Shown piece by piece: positions 36,583 to 46,449 of a stretch of 64,000 nt of DNA. The notes under the pieces are model-generated. The model did no database searches and had not been told where the DNA came from. It saw nothing but the letters and a program-made list of their open reading frames with translations. This DNA comes from an uncultured Alphaproteobacteria bacterium (GTDB lineage Bacteria > Pseudomonadota > Alphaproteobacteria > Paracaedibacterales > CAITNM01), in the NCBI GenBank assembly GCA_903893805.1, contig CAITNM010000026.1, positions 69,664-133,663 of the forward strand, in the 5' to 3' direction. A program made the position numbers and the translations under genes. Positions within the stretch are counted from its first letter, which is position 1. Each line of letters opens with the position of its first letter.

Positions 36583-37524
36583 TTATTGCCCTGTCATGCC
36601 TTCAATTGTTAAAAAGCTATGCATCGTCATGCTTTTGTATTTGCAGCTTAAATATTCTCGTGCATAACTAATGCTGGAAAGTCCATTGCGTGGAAAAAGC
36701 ACGTTACTTCCTAAAACAAGCTCAATTTCATTTTCAAAGCATTGCGCCACAAAGTTGCCATACAGTTCATATTCGGAAAAGCCACCCTCAGGAATGTTCA
36801 AGGTATCAAGTGCATCTTGCCATGGAAGTCCATGCAGATTTTGCAAATGTTGTTTTAAAGCTTTTAATTTTGTTTTGCAAATCAGCATATGGTGGCTAGT
36901 GAAATCAACATTATGAAATTTATCAAACCCCAAGGCAATTTTCACCATTTGTTTTCGATCAAGCCAATAATCATGCAAAATATTCAGAACTTCTTTATTT
37001 TCTGTTACAAAAATCTGAGGGCGAATCAAAATTGTGTCTGCGTCAATAATAAGGAAATGTTCGCATGTCCCAACTTTATCAGCATTAAGCTTTAAATATT
37101 GCTGTTTAATCCATCCCTTTCGATTGGTATTATTCGAAAATGTAGGCAGTACCGTATCTTCTAAAACAAATACACAATTCTTTTCTTGAGCAATTTTGCG
37201 CAATATTATAGATTCTGGTGCGATCAGATAAATATTGGAAATAGGCTGCAAAATATTGCCACGCACCGAATCAATAGTTAGTACTAAAGTTTCAGCATCT
37301 TTTTCAATAACAGGAATGACCACGTCAATTGGCATCTTGCTTAAGGGGACATGCAAGTTACAAAAAGGGTCACGTTTTATTTTTAAATATGCGTAATGAA
37401 TGTAGCGTAAAAATTGTTGATATTTTGAGTCTTGTTTAGGTAAATAAGTAGGATGACACGCGTAATACACAAAGCACATTGCGCAAATTAGGATTGCAAA
37501 AGCACATTGAGTAATTCTTTTCAT
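36583..37524 (-). CDS. Membrane-anchored GT-A-like putative glycosyltransferase (DUF6492-like), paralog A
   Basis: N-terminal TM segment; IDVVIPVIEKD...; KGWIKQQYLKLNAD...HFLIIDADTI (DxD). Confidence 0.5.
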   Translation of the reverse strand: MKRITQCAFAILICAMCFVYYACHPTYLPKQDSKYQQFLRYIHYAYLKIKRDPFCNLHVPLSKMPIDVVIPVIEKDAETLVLTIDSVRGNILQPISNIYLIAPESIILRKIAQEKNCVFVLEDTVLPTFSNNTNRKGWIKQQYLKLNADKVGTCEHFLIIDADTILIRPQIFVTENKEVLNILHDYWLDRKQMVKIALGFDKFHNVDFTSHHMLICKTKLKALKQHLQNLHGLPWQDALDTLNIPEGGFSEYELYGNFVAQCFENEIELVLGSNVLFPRNGLSSISYAREYLSCKYKSMTMHSFLTIEGMTGQ

Positions 37525-37550
37525 ATTTTATGCTTATGCGTTTATTGACA

Positions 37551-39704
37551 TTAATTTTGTTTTTTTAAAAAACTAATGTGAATGCGCTTTTCCTCGGCCA
37601 AATCGAACTCAACAACTGCTTGTTCGCCTTCCGTATCAATAACGTCACCATAACCAAACTTTTGATGAAATACGCGATTACCTATTTCAAAATGCTGCGC
37701 TTGATATTCAACAAAGCTTGCTGGTCGACGAAGTAATTCAGAATTAGCCTGTTGTCTTGATTCATGGCCATTGGCTTGAACATGCTTTACATGAGCTGTA
37801 GGCAATTCACTTAAAAATCGTGATGGTAGACCAACTTGCCATCCTTGGTAAGGCAGACGACGACGCAATGCATAAGAAATTGTAGCTTTTAATTTGGCAC
37901 GGCTAATGCCTACGTACCCCAAACGACGCTCTTCTTCTAGTCCAGCTGGACCATTTTCTTGGATGCTTCTTGGGTGAGGAAATAAGTTTTCTTCCCATCC
38001 TGGCAAAAACACAAAATCAAACTCAAGACCTTTAGCGCCATGCAAGGTCATAATACTTAAACAATCACCGGCAGACTGGTTGTTATTATCTGTCACCAAG
38101 CTGACATGGTCTAAAAATCCTGGAAGAAACTCAAATTCTTCTATAGCATGCACAAATTCTTTTAAATTTTCCAATCGTCCAGCTGCATCTGGTGATTTTT
38201 CTTCTAGCCACATTGCTGTGTACCCTGATTCATCAAGCAAAGCTTTAACAACATCTACGTGCGGTTGTGTATCAAGCATGCTGCGCCATCTTTGCAAGTC
38301 ATCAAAAAATTGACGCAAATTTGCTTTGCCACTATTTTTTCCGTTTTCCATTGCATAGAGCAACGCGGCTCTTGGAAGAGAAATATTGTGCTCTCTAGCG
38401 ATTGCATGCATGTTCTGCAGAGCAGTCGCTCCAATGCCTCGCTTGGGCACATTAATGATACGTTCAAAAGCCAAGCCGTCATCTGGTTGAGCCAATATTC
38501 TTAAATATGCCAGTGCATCCTTAATTTCTTGACGTTCATAAAAACGTAGTCCGCCTACAACACGATAGGGCGTGCCTGTTTTTAAACAGCGCTCTTCAAA
38601 GTCACGAGTTTGATAACTGGCTCTCACCAATATGGCCATAGAACTTAAGTTATGTCCTTTGCGTTGATAGTCTTCAACTTCATCGATGACAAAGCGGGCT
38701 TCATTCTCGCTATCCCACGTTCCCTTAACAAGCACGAATTCACCGCCTTGCTTTTCAGTCCACAATTCTTTACCCAAACGATCTCTGTTATTTGCAATAA
38801 GACCGGAGGCTGCTCCTAGTATGTGATTAGTAGAACGGTAATTTTGTTCAAGGCGAATAGTGGTCGCATTCGTGTAATCTTTTTCAAATTTCAAAATATT
38901 GGCAATTTCTGCGCCGCGCCATCCATAAATAGATTGGTCGTCATCACCCACACAACATAAGTTTCCATGACCGTCAGCTAAAAGGCGCAACCATAAATAT
39001 TGAGCCGCGTTTGTATCTTGATACTCATCTACCATTAGATAGCAAAACTGTTGCTGGTAACTATTTAAAATTTCTGGATTTTGTTGGAATAGCACGAGGC
39101 AATTTAGTATTAAATCACCAAAATCCATCGCGTTTAATATTTTTAATCGTTCTTGATATTGACGATATAACTGCACAGTGAGTTCTTGTGGATTGCCAGC
39201 ACGATCAGGTGTTTTTGCTTTATCTTTCCATCGATTAATGACTCCTGCCACCATTTTGGCAGGCACTTGTTTTTCATCAATGTTTTCAGCTCTTAGCAAC
39301 TGCTTAATTAAGCGCAACTGGTCATCTGAATCAATAATTGTAAAATTTGAACTGTACCCTAAAGCATCAGCATTTTTGCGCAGTATACGCATAGAAAGTG
39401 AGTGAAACGTGCCAAGCCACATGCCATCAACGCTTCGTTCTAACAAACGTTGAATTCGTTCACGCATCTCCTGAGCAGCTTTATTGGTAAAAGTTACCGC
39501 TAAAATATTTTGAGATCCACACAAGTTTTGCTCAAGGATATGGGCAAGTCGAGTAGTCAACACGCGGGTCTTCCCAGTTCCAGCACCTGCCAAAATAAGC
39601 AAGGGGCCTTCACTATGAAGAACTGCCTGTTGTTGTTTAGAATTTAAAGCCTCAAGGTAAGAAGGTGCTGAAGCAACGTTCAAGCTAGCCTCAGCAAGTG
39701 CCAT
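37551..39704 (-). CDS. uvrD: ATP-dependent DNA helicase, UvrD/PcrA family
   Basis: AGAGTGKT, DEYQDTN, YRSTNHIL and MTLHGAKGLEF motifs. Confidence 0.9.
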   Translation of the reverse strand: MALAEASLNVASAPSYLEALNSKQQQAVLHSEGPLLILAGAGTGKTRVLTTRLAHILEQNLCGSQNILAVTFTNKAAQEMRERIQRLLERSVDGMWLGTFHSLSMRILRKNADALGYSSNFTIIDSDDQLRLIKQLLRAENIDEKQVPAKMVAGVINRWKDKAKTPDRAGNPQELTVQLYRQYQERLKILNAMDFGDLILNCLVLFQQNPEILNSYQQQFCYLMVDEYQDTNAAQYLWLRLLADGHGNLCCVGDDDQSIYGWRGAEIANILKFEKDYTNATTIRLEQNYRSTNHILGAASGLIANNRDRLGKELWTEKQGGEFVLVKGTWDSENEARFVIDEVEDYQRKGHNLSSMAILVRASYQTRDFEERCLKTGTPYRVVGGLRFYERQEIKDALAYLRILAQPDDGLAFERIINVPKRGIGATALQNMHAIAREHNISLPRAALLYAMENGKNSGKANLRQFFDDLQRWRSMLDTQPHVDVVKALLDESGYTAMWLEEKSPDAAGRLENLKEFVHAIEEFEFLPGFLDHVSLVTDNNNQSAGDCLSIMTLHGAKGLEFDFVFLPGWEENLFPHPRSIQENGPAGLEEERRLGYVGISRAKLKATISYALRRRLPYQGWQVGLPSRFLSELPTAHVKHVQANGHESRQQANSELLRRPASFVEYQAQHFEIGNRVFHQKFGYGDVIDTEGEQAVVEFDLAEEKRIHISFLKKQN

Positions 39705-39713
39705 CTAAAATCC

Positions 39714-39938
39714 TCAGTTTAATCCAAAATTTTGGAAACGCTTACTAAATTTACTTAACTGACCACCAGAGTCAATAAGTCTATGACCACCACCGGTCCA
39801 TGCTGGATGGGACTTTGGATCGATATCTAATTGTAAGGTATCGCCCTCTTTACCCCAGGTACTTCTGGTTTCAAAAGTTGTTCCATCAGTCATTTTAACT
39901 GTGATAGCGTGATAGTTAGGGTGTATATCTTTTTTCAT
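39714..39938 (-). CDS. rpmE: 50S ribosomal protein L31 (Cys-free type)
   Basis: [10 protein letters not shown]...HPAWTGG; true start at Met 29 of the track ORF 39714..40022. Confidence 0.9.
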   Translation of the reverse strand: MKKDIHPNYHAITVKMTDGTTFETRSTWGKEGDTLQLDIDPKSHPAWTGGGHRLIDSGGQLSKFSKRFQNFGLN

Positions 39939-40029
39939 CTTAATGTCTTCCCTTCGCGAAAAAGAATATATATATCTATACTCAAGACAAAAAATAATGC
40001 AATGTTTTTCTGCAAGAATCAAAGGATTT

Positions 40030-41118
40030 ATGATGAGTATTTTTAAAAAATCAACTATTTTGACCTTTATTAGCCTTGGTGTGCTTTATTCAAGCGCCGA
40101 AGAATCAATTCGTCAAAACGAAGTCGTTATTGATGCTCTTCAAAAACAATTAGATTCCATGCAGTCAAAAGGCGAAAAGGAAGAGGCAGTTAAGGCTTTG
40201 CAATCTCACATTGATAGCGTTATTGAACAACAAAATAAACTTTTGGCACAAAAAATTACAGTTAATACAGGCGAAAATCTAGCAGATCAAACTATTTTAG
40301 CAGCTTCAACTGTTGTTGATAGCGATTCAGACGCAAGATTGCGTCGTATTGTTCAAGAAGAATTAGCCAAATCTGGAATAGCTCCTAAGCCTTCTAGTCC
40401 ATATGACACAACACACACTCCAACACCTGTAGAACTTGATGCCACAAAATCTGCAGAAATGAACGCACCGGCATTACCTGAGCAAAAATCAGAAGCTATG
40501 GGACAATATGAATTAGCTCTTGAGCTATACAATAAAGGGGCATACAAAGAGGCTGCTGCAGGTTTTGGTCGCATTATAAAGACCTATTCAAAAGATCCAA
40601 TCGCTGCAAAAGCTCTGGTCCACTTAGCTTATTGTCTCGAAAAACAAGGTGATACAGAAGGCGCTTCAATTGTTTGTGAAGCGGCATTAAAGAAGAGTTT
40701 AGATGATCCGCATCAAGTTGATTGTCAACTCATGCGATTGCGATATGCAAAAGCAAAAGGTAATGATGCTGATGCTGCCCAAATTCTAAAAACCTTAAAA
40801 AGCTTACCTTTGACTGATGAACAACAGCAAGAGGTAGATAAAGCTCAAGGGAAAAAGAGTAAAGCTCCTACGCCGACTGAAGCACCTCAACCAAAAGCGC
40901 CTACTAAAGCTTCTCCGGCTATAGCACCAGGTAGCCCGGTCGCACCGGCTAAGGCACTGAAACCTTCAGCGATTGCCGCTGAAGTGCCTCAACCAAAAAT
41001 TTTAGCTAAAGATCCAGTAGCTCCAGTTATAGTGGCAAGTGGCCCAACCGCACCGACTAAGGCTCCCCAGTCTGTGGTGGTTCTGAGTAAAGAATCTCAG
41101 ACTGTAGCAGGTGCTTAG
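40030..41118 (+). CDS. YbgF/CpoB-like TPR protein with a Pro/Ala-rich C-terminal tail
   Basis: Signal peptide [23 protein letters not shown], coiled coil, TPR-like segment [20 protein letters not shown]...[16 protein letters not shown], and a tail of APxP/KAP repeats. Confidence 0.55.
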   Translation: MMSIFKKSTILTFISLGVLYSSAEESIRQNEVVIDALQKQLDSMQSKGEKEEAVKALQSHIDSVIEQQNKLLAQKITVNTGENLADQTILAASTVVDSDSDARLRRIVQEELAKSGIAPKPSSPYDTTHTPTPVELDATKSAEMNAPALPEQKSEAMGQYELALELYNKGAYKEAAAGFGRIIKTYSKDPIAAKALVHLAYCLEKQGDTEGASIVCEAALKKSLDDPHQVDCQLMRLRYAKAKGNDADAAQILKTLKSLPLTDEQQQEVDKAQGKKSKAPTPTEAPQPKAPTKASPAIAPGSPVAPAKALKPSAIAAEVPQPKILAKDPVAPVIVASGPTAPTKAPQSVVVLSKESQTVAGA

Positions 41119-41369
41119 CTAATTACCCTGTTTGATCGGCTTCTTCTTGTTGCGGTAGCTAAGAATGTCCCATTTCTTTTTATTAAAAATTTATGAATAT
41201 GGAATGGGGCCATAGTTTAAGTAGCCAATTTTCTTTATAACTTGACAAAATCACTCTCAATTCACATATTTAAATTACCTGAACTTTCGTAATGTGTGTC
41301 ATGGATTATTCGTTTCAAAACTAAGTAACTGCGCAATTTGCGTTTTTCAACTATTGAAACGAGAATTTT

Positions 41370-42791
41370 ATGACGACAATACAAATCAATCAGCTTGGTA
41401 TTTCATTTGCCCACAAAACTTGTTTTGAGGGGTTTTCAACGCATGTGCATGGCGGAGATCGTATTGCAATTATTGGTCAAAATGGCTGTGGAAAATCGAC
41501 ATTACTAAAAACTTTGCTTAATCAGGTTGAGCCAAGTAGCGGATCAATTCATATTTCTGATGACGTTATTTTTGGGTATGTGCCTCAAGTTATTTGCGAA
41601 TTTGAAACCTTAAGCGGTGGTCAACGTCTAAATGAGGCATTAACGCAGGCGCTGTGTGTTAGTCCAAATGTTTTGCTGCTTGATGAACCAACGAATCATC
41701 TTGATGGTAATAACAGAAAATCATTAATGCGCATGTTGCGGCAACACGCTGGAACTTTAATTGTGGTCACCCATGATGTTGAATTTCTAAACACGTGTGT
41801 TGATACGCTTTGGCATATTGATAATGGTAAGGTGCATGTTTTTACAGGCAATTACGATTATTACATGCGTGAGGTTCACATTCAGCGCGCATCACTTGAA
41901 CATGAATTGTTACGCTTAGATCGGCAGAAAAAAGATACGCATCAAGCGTTAATGAAAGAACAAGAGCGTGCTAAAAAAAGTAATATGAAAGGTGAAAAAT
42001 CTATTCAAGAACGTAAATGGCCAACGATTGTTTCTAGCGCAAAAGCAAATCGTGCAACTGAAACATCTGGAAAAAAGAAAAAAGCGATTAAAGAAGGAAA
42101 AGATGATTTGCTTGAAAAGCTATCAACTTTGCGTTTACCCGAAGTGATTACGCCAAAATTTTCTATAAAAGCGGCGGATATAAGTGATCGTATTTTAGTG
42201 TCAATAAGTGATGGCGTAGTTGGTTATAAAGATAATAAAACTGTTGTCCAAAATATAAATTTTTCACTGAGTGCCAAAGCTAGAATTGCACTTCAAGGCG
42301 ATAATGGCAGCGGAAAATCAACGTTAATTAAAGCTATTTTGGGAGACCAAAACATAATAAAAACCGGTGATTGGTATATGCCTAATGATATAGGTTACCT
42401 TGATCAACATTACGCAACACTTGATGCAGAAAAATCTGTGCTAGAAACAGTGAGTGAATTGGTTCCTGAATGGAATCATACTGAAGTGCGTCGTCACCTT
42501 AATGATTTTTTATTTCGCAAAAATGAAGAAGTTCATGCAAAAGTTCATCAACTATCAGGGGGAGAAAAAGTAAGGCTAAGCCTTACGCAAATTGCAGCAA
42601 AAACTCAAAAGCTTTTGATACTAGATGAAATTACCAACAACGTAGATTTATTAACGAAAGAGCATTTGTTGGAATTTCTAAATGTATATCCAGGCAGCTT
42701 TATTATTGTGTGCCATGACGAAGGATTTTTAGAAAAACTAAATCTGGATGATACATATCTAGTGAAAGAAAAATCATTGAAACTACTGTGA
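41370..42791 (+). CDS. ABC-F family ATPase, short Vga/Msr-like (ARE-type) architecture
   Basis: Two NBDs (GQNGCGKST/LSGGQR/LLLDEPTNHLD and GDNGSGKST/LSGGEKVRL/LILDEITNNVD), no TM segments, a very short Q-loop-to-signature spacing in NBD1, and a Lys-rich linker. Confidence 0.8.
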   Translation: MTTIQINQLGISFAHKTCFEGFSTHVHGGDRIAIIGQNGCGKSTLLKTLLNQVEPSSGSIHISDDVIFGYVPQVICEFETLSGGQRLNEALTQALCVSPNVLLLDEPTNHLDGNNRKSLMRMLRQHAGTLIVVTHDVEFLNTCVDTLWHIDNGKVHVFTGNYDYYMREVHIQRASLEHELLRLDRQKKDTHQALMKEQERAKKSNMKGEKSIQERKWPTIVSSAKANRATETSGKKKKAIKEGKDDLLEKLSTLRLPEVITPKFSIKAADISDRILVSISDGVVGYKDNKTVVQNINFSLSAKARIALQGDNGSGKSTLIKAILGDQNIIKTGDWYMPNDIGYLDQHYATLDAEKSVLETVSELVPEWNHTEVRRHLNDFLFRKNEEVHAKVHQLSGGEKVRLSLTQIAAKTQKLLILDEITNNVDLLTKEHLLEFLNVYPGSFIIVCHDEGFLEKLNLDDTYLVKEKSLKLL

Positions 42792-43520
42792 ATTTCTTGT
42801 TTCAAGCCAACGGGAAATAAGTTTTTCTACTTGCGTGTGGGACGTAGTAATAACTTTACGATTAACATTTCCCTTTTGATTTAGTGAAATTGCTCCGATG
42901 AAATTTACACCTAGCGATATGACAAGGCTTTTATCTTGAATAGGTTCTTCATTCATAAAATTTCTGTAGGCTTGTTTTTCACTTTCAAGCAAAACAAACA
43001 CCATTGATAAACCATTGTAATTCGCGGCGCGTAAAATTTCTTTAACAAGCCGATCTTTGCCCATGGTGTATTGGTTAGGCTCAAATCGATGTTGTGCACC
43101 AAGTTTTTGTTTTAAACTTTCATATGCTATGCGTGCTGCTGCATTTTGAATTAAAGTGTCACGAAATAATAAATCTTTGGCAATTTCATCGTGTCCTTTG
43201 TCCCATACGTGCAAGTGATGAGTGCGTGGATCACCTTTTGCAAACAAGCGTCTAAGTGGCATGCCGTATTCACCTAATGCGCCATACCCAACTGCAGCTA
43301 AGGATTCATTCAATTGATTGACCTTAGAAATATCTTCAACTTCAATGGTAATATCGATGATTGGTTTTGCCATAAGATTAGGCACTGATGTGCTGCCTTT
43401 GTGGTAAATATTGATGGCTAAATCACCAAAGATTTCTTTTAAAATTTTGGCTTCTTGAGAAAATAGTTGAGGCCATTGCGGGTTATAATCCGAAAGTGTA
43501 ATTTCTCGCATGTTGACCAT
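42783..43520 (-). CDS. GrpB (UPF0157) family protein with a C-terminal extension
   Basis: YNPQWPQLFSQEA...HKGSTSVPNLMAKPIIDI is the GrpB signature. Confidence 0.7.
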   Translation of the reverse strand: MVNMREITLSDYNPQWPQLFSQEAKILKEIFGDLAINIYHKGSTSVPNLMAKPIIDITIEVEDISKVNQLNESLAAVGYGALGEYGMPLRRLFAKGDPRTHHLHVWDKGHDEIAKDLLFRDTLIQNAAARIAYESLKQKLGAQHRFEPNQYTMGKDRLVKEILRAANYNGLSMVFVLLESEKQAYRNFMNEEPIQDKSLVISLGVNFIGAISLNQKGNVNRKVITTSHTQVEKLISRWLETRNSQ

Positions 43521-43647
43521 TTAACTGACATTTATATCTTCATCGTATTTTTTAAAGATTCTCAACACAAGACAATTTAAAGATACAGACAAAAAATAGT
43601 TGAATCTTTCCGGAATTTCTTTATATTATATCAATGTTTTAATTTGT

Positions 43648-44604
43648 ATGTTTATATTCGTGAAATCATATATAAAATATCTATTGTTTATTTCTTTATT
43701 TCTTTCAAAAATTTTCCCCGTAGGAGAGTTCATTGAAGGTGCTGTTATTATTGTGGGCAACAATCGCACGGCAGGGCTGATGCTGAAAGAAATAGCCCCA
43801 ATTGTTAAGCAATCAGAGGCTGATTTTACTTATGAGAATATACCTTTTTTTCAAGAAAAACGAGTTATCAGTATAGATACAGAGCCTTGCGTTACGGATA
43901 ATGAGCATATACAAGCAGATTTTATAACCACTCAAGTGTTTGCTTCAGCTTCTCAAGACACAGTTATATTTGAGTGGTTTCCTCCTGCATCAAAAGATAC
44001 AGTTACAAATCCTAAAGCTACACATTATATGACTGAAGCTTTAAAAAAAGCATTTGCAATTTTAAAACCAGGAGGATATTTATTTATTGATAACCACCCG
44101 TTTTTTGCTCTAACAGGAGCAAATGAAATAGCTACGCAAATACACAACCCCTTTGCATTAATTTTAGGAATAGATGAATACGCTAAAATTCAAGCTGCTA
44201 TTGGTGATCCCCATTACAAGCCTGAGAGAGGCTTCACTTTTTATTCAGAGGAAGCCTTTTTTAATTCTTTAAAGCTTGTTGGAACCATATTTAAACAAGA
44301 CGAGACAACCATAAGAAACACTCTAAAAAGTTTAACTGATGCAGCATATAATCATCTGGTGGCTCATGCAATTAATAACTTATTGGAGACTATCTTACAA
44401 AACCCCCAAGGTTATATGTTTCTTTGGGGATATCATGCTTATGCACGAGCAACTCTTATGAAAAAATGTTTAGAAAAAATAGGATTTGATATTAGTGGTG
44501 CTCAAGTTGAATTTATTGAAGAAAATCCCTTTAACAAACGTAAATGGGCTTGCTTGATACGGGCAGTTAAACCTGTGAATAATGCGAATTTATTAGTCAA
44601 CTAA
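43648..44604 (+). CDS. Hypothetical protein, weakly class-I-methyltransferase-like
   Basis: ALKKAFAILKPGGYLFID resembles a post-motif-II MTase segment. The start is uncertain (track TTG 43600, ATG 43648). Confidence 0.35.
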   Translation: MFIFVKSYIKYLLFISLFLSKIFPVGEFIEGAVIIVGNNRTAGLMLKEIAPIVKQSEADFTYENIPFFQEKRVISIDTEPCVTDNEHIQADFITTQVFASASQDTVIFEWFPPASKDTVTNPKATHYMTEALKKAFAILKPGGYLFIDNHPFFALTGANEIATQIHNPFALILGIDEYAKIQAAIGDPHYKPERGFTFYSEEAFFNSLKLVGTIFKQDETTIRNTLKSLTDAAYNHLVAHAINNLLETILQNPQGYMFLWGYHAYARATLMKKCLEKIGFDISGAQVEFIEENPFNKRKWACLIRAVKPVNNANLLVN

Positions 44605-44607
44605 AAA

Positions 44608-45987
44608 TTACACCATTAGTTCTGGTTTTACATGTTTCTCAAACTCGGAACGGCTCAACAAACCTAACTGTTCTGCTGCATCTGCTAGAGTTATATCTTC
44701 TTCAAACGCTTTTTTGGCAACTTTAGCAGCATTGTCATAGCCAATAATGGGATTTAGGGCTGTTACCAACATTAAAGATTTGTCTAAATTGTCTTGTAGC
44801 TTTGCTGCATTAACAGTAATGCCTTCTAGGCAATTGTGAGAAAAGCTGTTGCTAGCATCTGCTAACAGCTCAATTGATTCAAGCAAGTTGTGGATAATAA
44901 CAGGCTTGAAGACATTAAGCTGAAAATGTCCTTGGAAGCCAGCAATAGTAACGGTTGTATTATTACCCATAACTTGGCAACAAACCATGGTCATTGCTTC
45001 GGCTTGAGTAGGGTTAATTTTCCCGGGCATTATCGACGAACCCGGTTCATTTTCAGGCAGCTGTAATTCTCCCAAACCACACCGAGGGCCAGACGCTAGA
45101 AACCGAATATCATTGGCAATTTTCATTAAGCTTGTAGCGATAACATTTAAAATACCTGAAACTTCAACAAGGGTGTCGTGACATGCTAAAGCTTCAAATT
45201 TATTTGTGGCGCTAACAAAAGGTAGCTTAGTATAGCTTGCAACAGCTTTAGCAAAAGCATCAGAAAAGCCTTCTGGGCAATTAATGCCAGTGCCTACAGC
45301 TGTACCCCCTTGGGCTAATTGTAAAAGCCGTGGCATGACGCAATCAAGGCGATCTAGGTTGTTACTTATTTGCATAACAAAGGCAGAAAATTCTTGAGAT
45401 AGTTTGATGGGGGTCGCGTCTTGTAAATGCGTTCTCCCTACTTTTATGTATTTTTCAAATTCTCGGGATTTTTTCTGAAATGCATTTTGCAAATTACTAA
45501 GGGCTGGTTTTAGGTCGTTTGATATGGCAAGCACGGTTGCAATATGCATAGCGGTTGGAAAACTGTCATTTGATGATTGTCCATAATTAACATGGTCATT
45601 CGGATGTACAGGTTGCTTTGAGCCTAGTGGAGAGCCCAGCAATTCATTCGCTCGGTTTGCTATAACCTCGTTAAGGTTCATATTTGTTTGAGTTCCAGAA
45701 CCAGTTTGCCAAATGACCAAGGGAAAATGATCGATAAATTTTTCATCAATAATTTCATCGCAAGCTTGCATAATAGGAGTTGCTAAGCCTTCATCAATTT
45801 TTCCAAGAGTGAAATTTGTCAGCGCAGCACATCGTTTTAAGATAGCAAAGGCCTTAATAAAAAGCGGCGACATTTTGTTGTTGCCAATTTTAAAATTTTT
45901 TCTGGATCGTTCGGTTTGAGCTCCCCAGTACGCATCGCCTGGAACCTCAACTGGCCCCATAGAGTCATGTTCTGTACGTGTTTTCAT
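44608..45987 (-). CDS. fumC: Class II fumarate hydratase
   Basis: [13 protein letters not shown] signature; 459 aa. Confidence 0.95.
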   Translation of the reverse strand: MKTRTEHDSMGPVEVPGDAYWGAQTERSRKNFKIGNNKMSPLFIKAFAILKRCAALTNFTLGKIDEGLATPIMQACDEIIDEKFIDHFPLVIWQTGSGTQTNMNLNEVIANRANELLGSPLGSKQPVHPNDHVNYGQSSNDSFPTAMHIATVLAISNDLKPALSNLQNAFQKKSREFEKYIKVGRTHLQDATPIKLSQEFSAFVMQISNNLDRLDCVMPRLLQLAQGGTAVGTGINCPEGFSDAFAKAVASYTKLPFVSATNKFEALACHDTLVEVSGILNVIATSLMKIANDIRFLASGPRCGLGELQLPENEPGSSIMPGKINPTQAEAMTMVCCQVMGNNTTVTIAGFQGHFQLNVFKPVIIHNLLESIELLADASNSFSHNCLEGITVNAAKLQDNLDKSLMLVTALNPIIGYDNAAKVAKKAFEEDITLADAAEQLGLLSRSEFEKHVKPELMV

Positions 45988-46448
45988 AGACTCGCTTCTA
46001 GCACTTTTAGGACATCATCCACATGGCCTTTAACGCTTACTTTACGCCATATGTGAGCAACCTCACCTGTTGGGTTAATTAAAAAAGTAGAGCGCTCAAT
46101 GCCAAAATATTTTTTGCCATACATGCTTTTTTCAACCCACACACCAAAAGCGTCGCAGAGCTTTCCATCAGCATCGCTCAAAAGATCAAATGGAAAATTG
46201 TATTTTGAAATAAAATTGGTGTGGCTTTTAGAAGAGTCTTTGGAAATTCCAAAAACTGTGCAGTCTAGTTTTTTCAAACGATCGTTAGAATCGCGAAAAT
46301 CGCAAGATTCTTGAGTGCACCCAGGGGTATTATCTTTTGGATAAAAGTATAATACCGCCCAGTGACTCTTTAATTGATCTGATGAAACAATCACATCATG
46401 CTGATTAGGAATAGCAAAAGAAGGAAGTGTATCGCCAATCTTTATCAT
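45984..46448 (-). CDS. bcp: Thioredoxin-dependent peroxiredoxin Bcp
   Basis: [16 protein letters not shown]. Confidence 0.9.
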   Translation of the reverse strand: MIKIGDTLPSFAIPNQHDVIVSSDQLKSHWAVLYFYPKDNTPGCTQESCDFRDSNDRLKKLDCTVFGISKDSSKSHTNFISKYNFPFDLLSDADGKLCDAFGVWVEKSMYGKKYFGIERSTFLINPTGEVAHIWRKVSVKGHVDDVLKVLEASL

Positions 46449-46449
46449 G

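Noticed and set aside
39939-40029. 5' extensions of rpmE (track start 40022) and of the YbgF-like ORF (track start 39943)
   Set aside because: The two extensions overlap each other on opposite strands. L31 universally starts at MKKDIHP, and the YbgF-like protein has a clean signal peptide from MMSIFKK at 40030. The extensions are intergenic.
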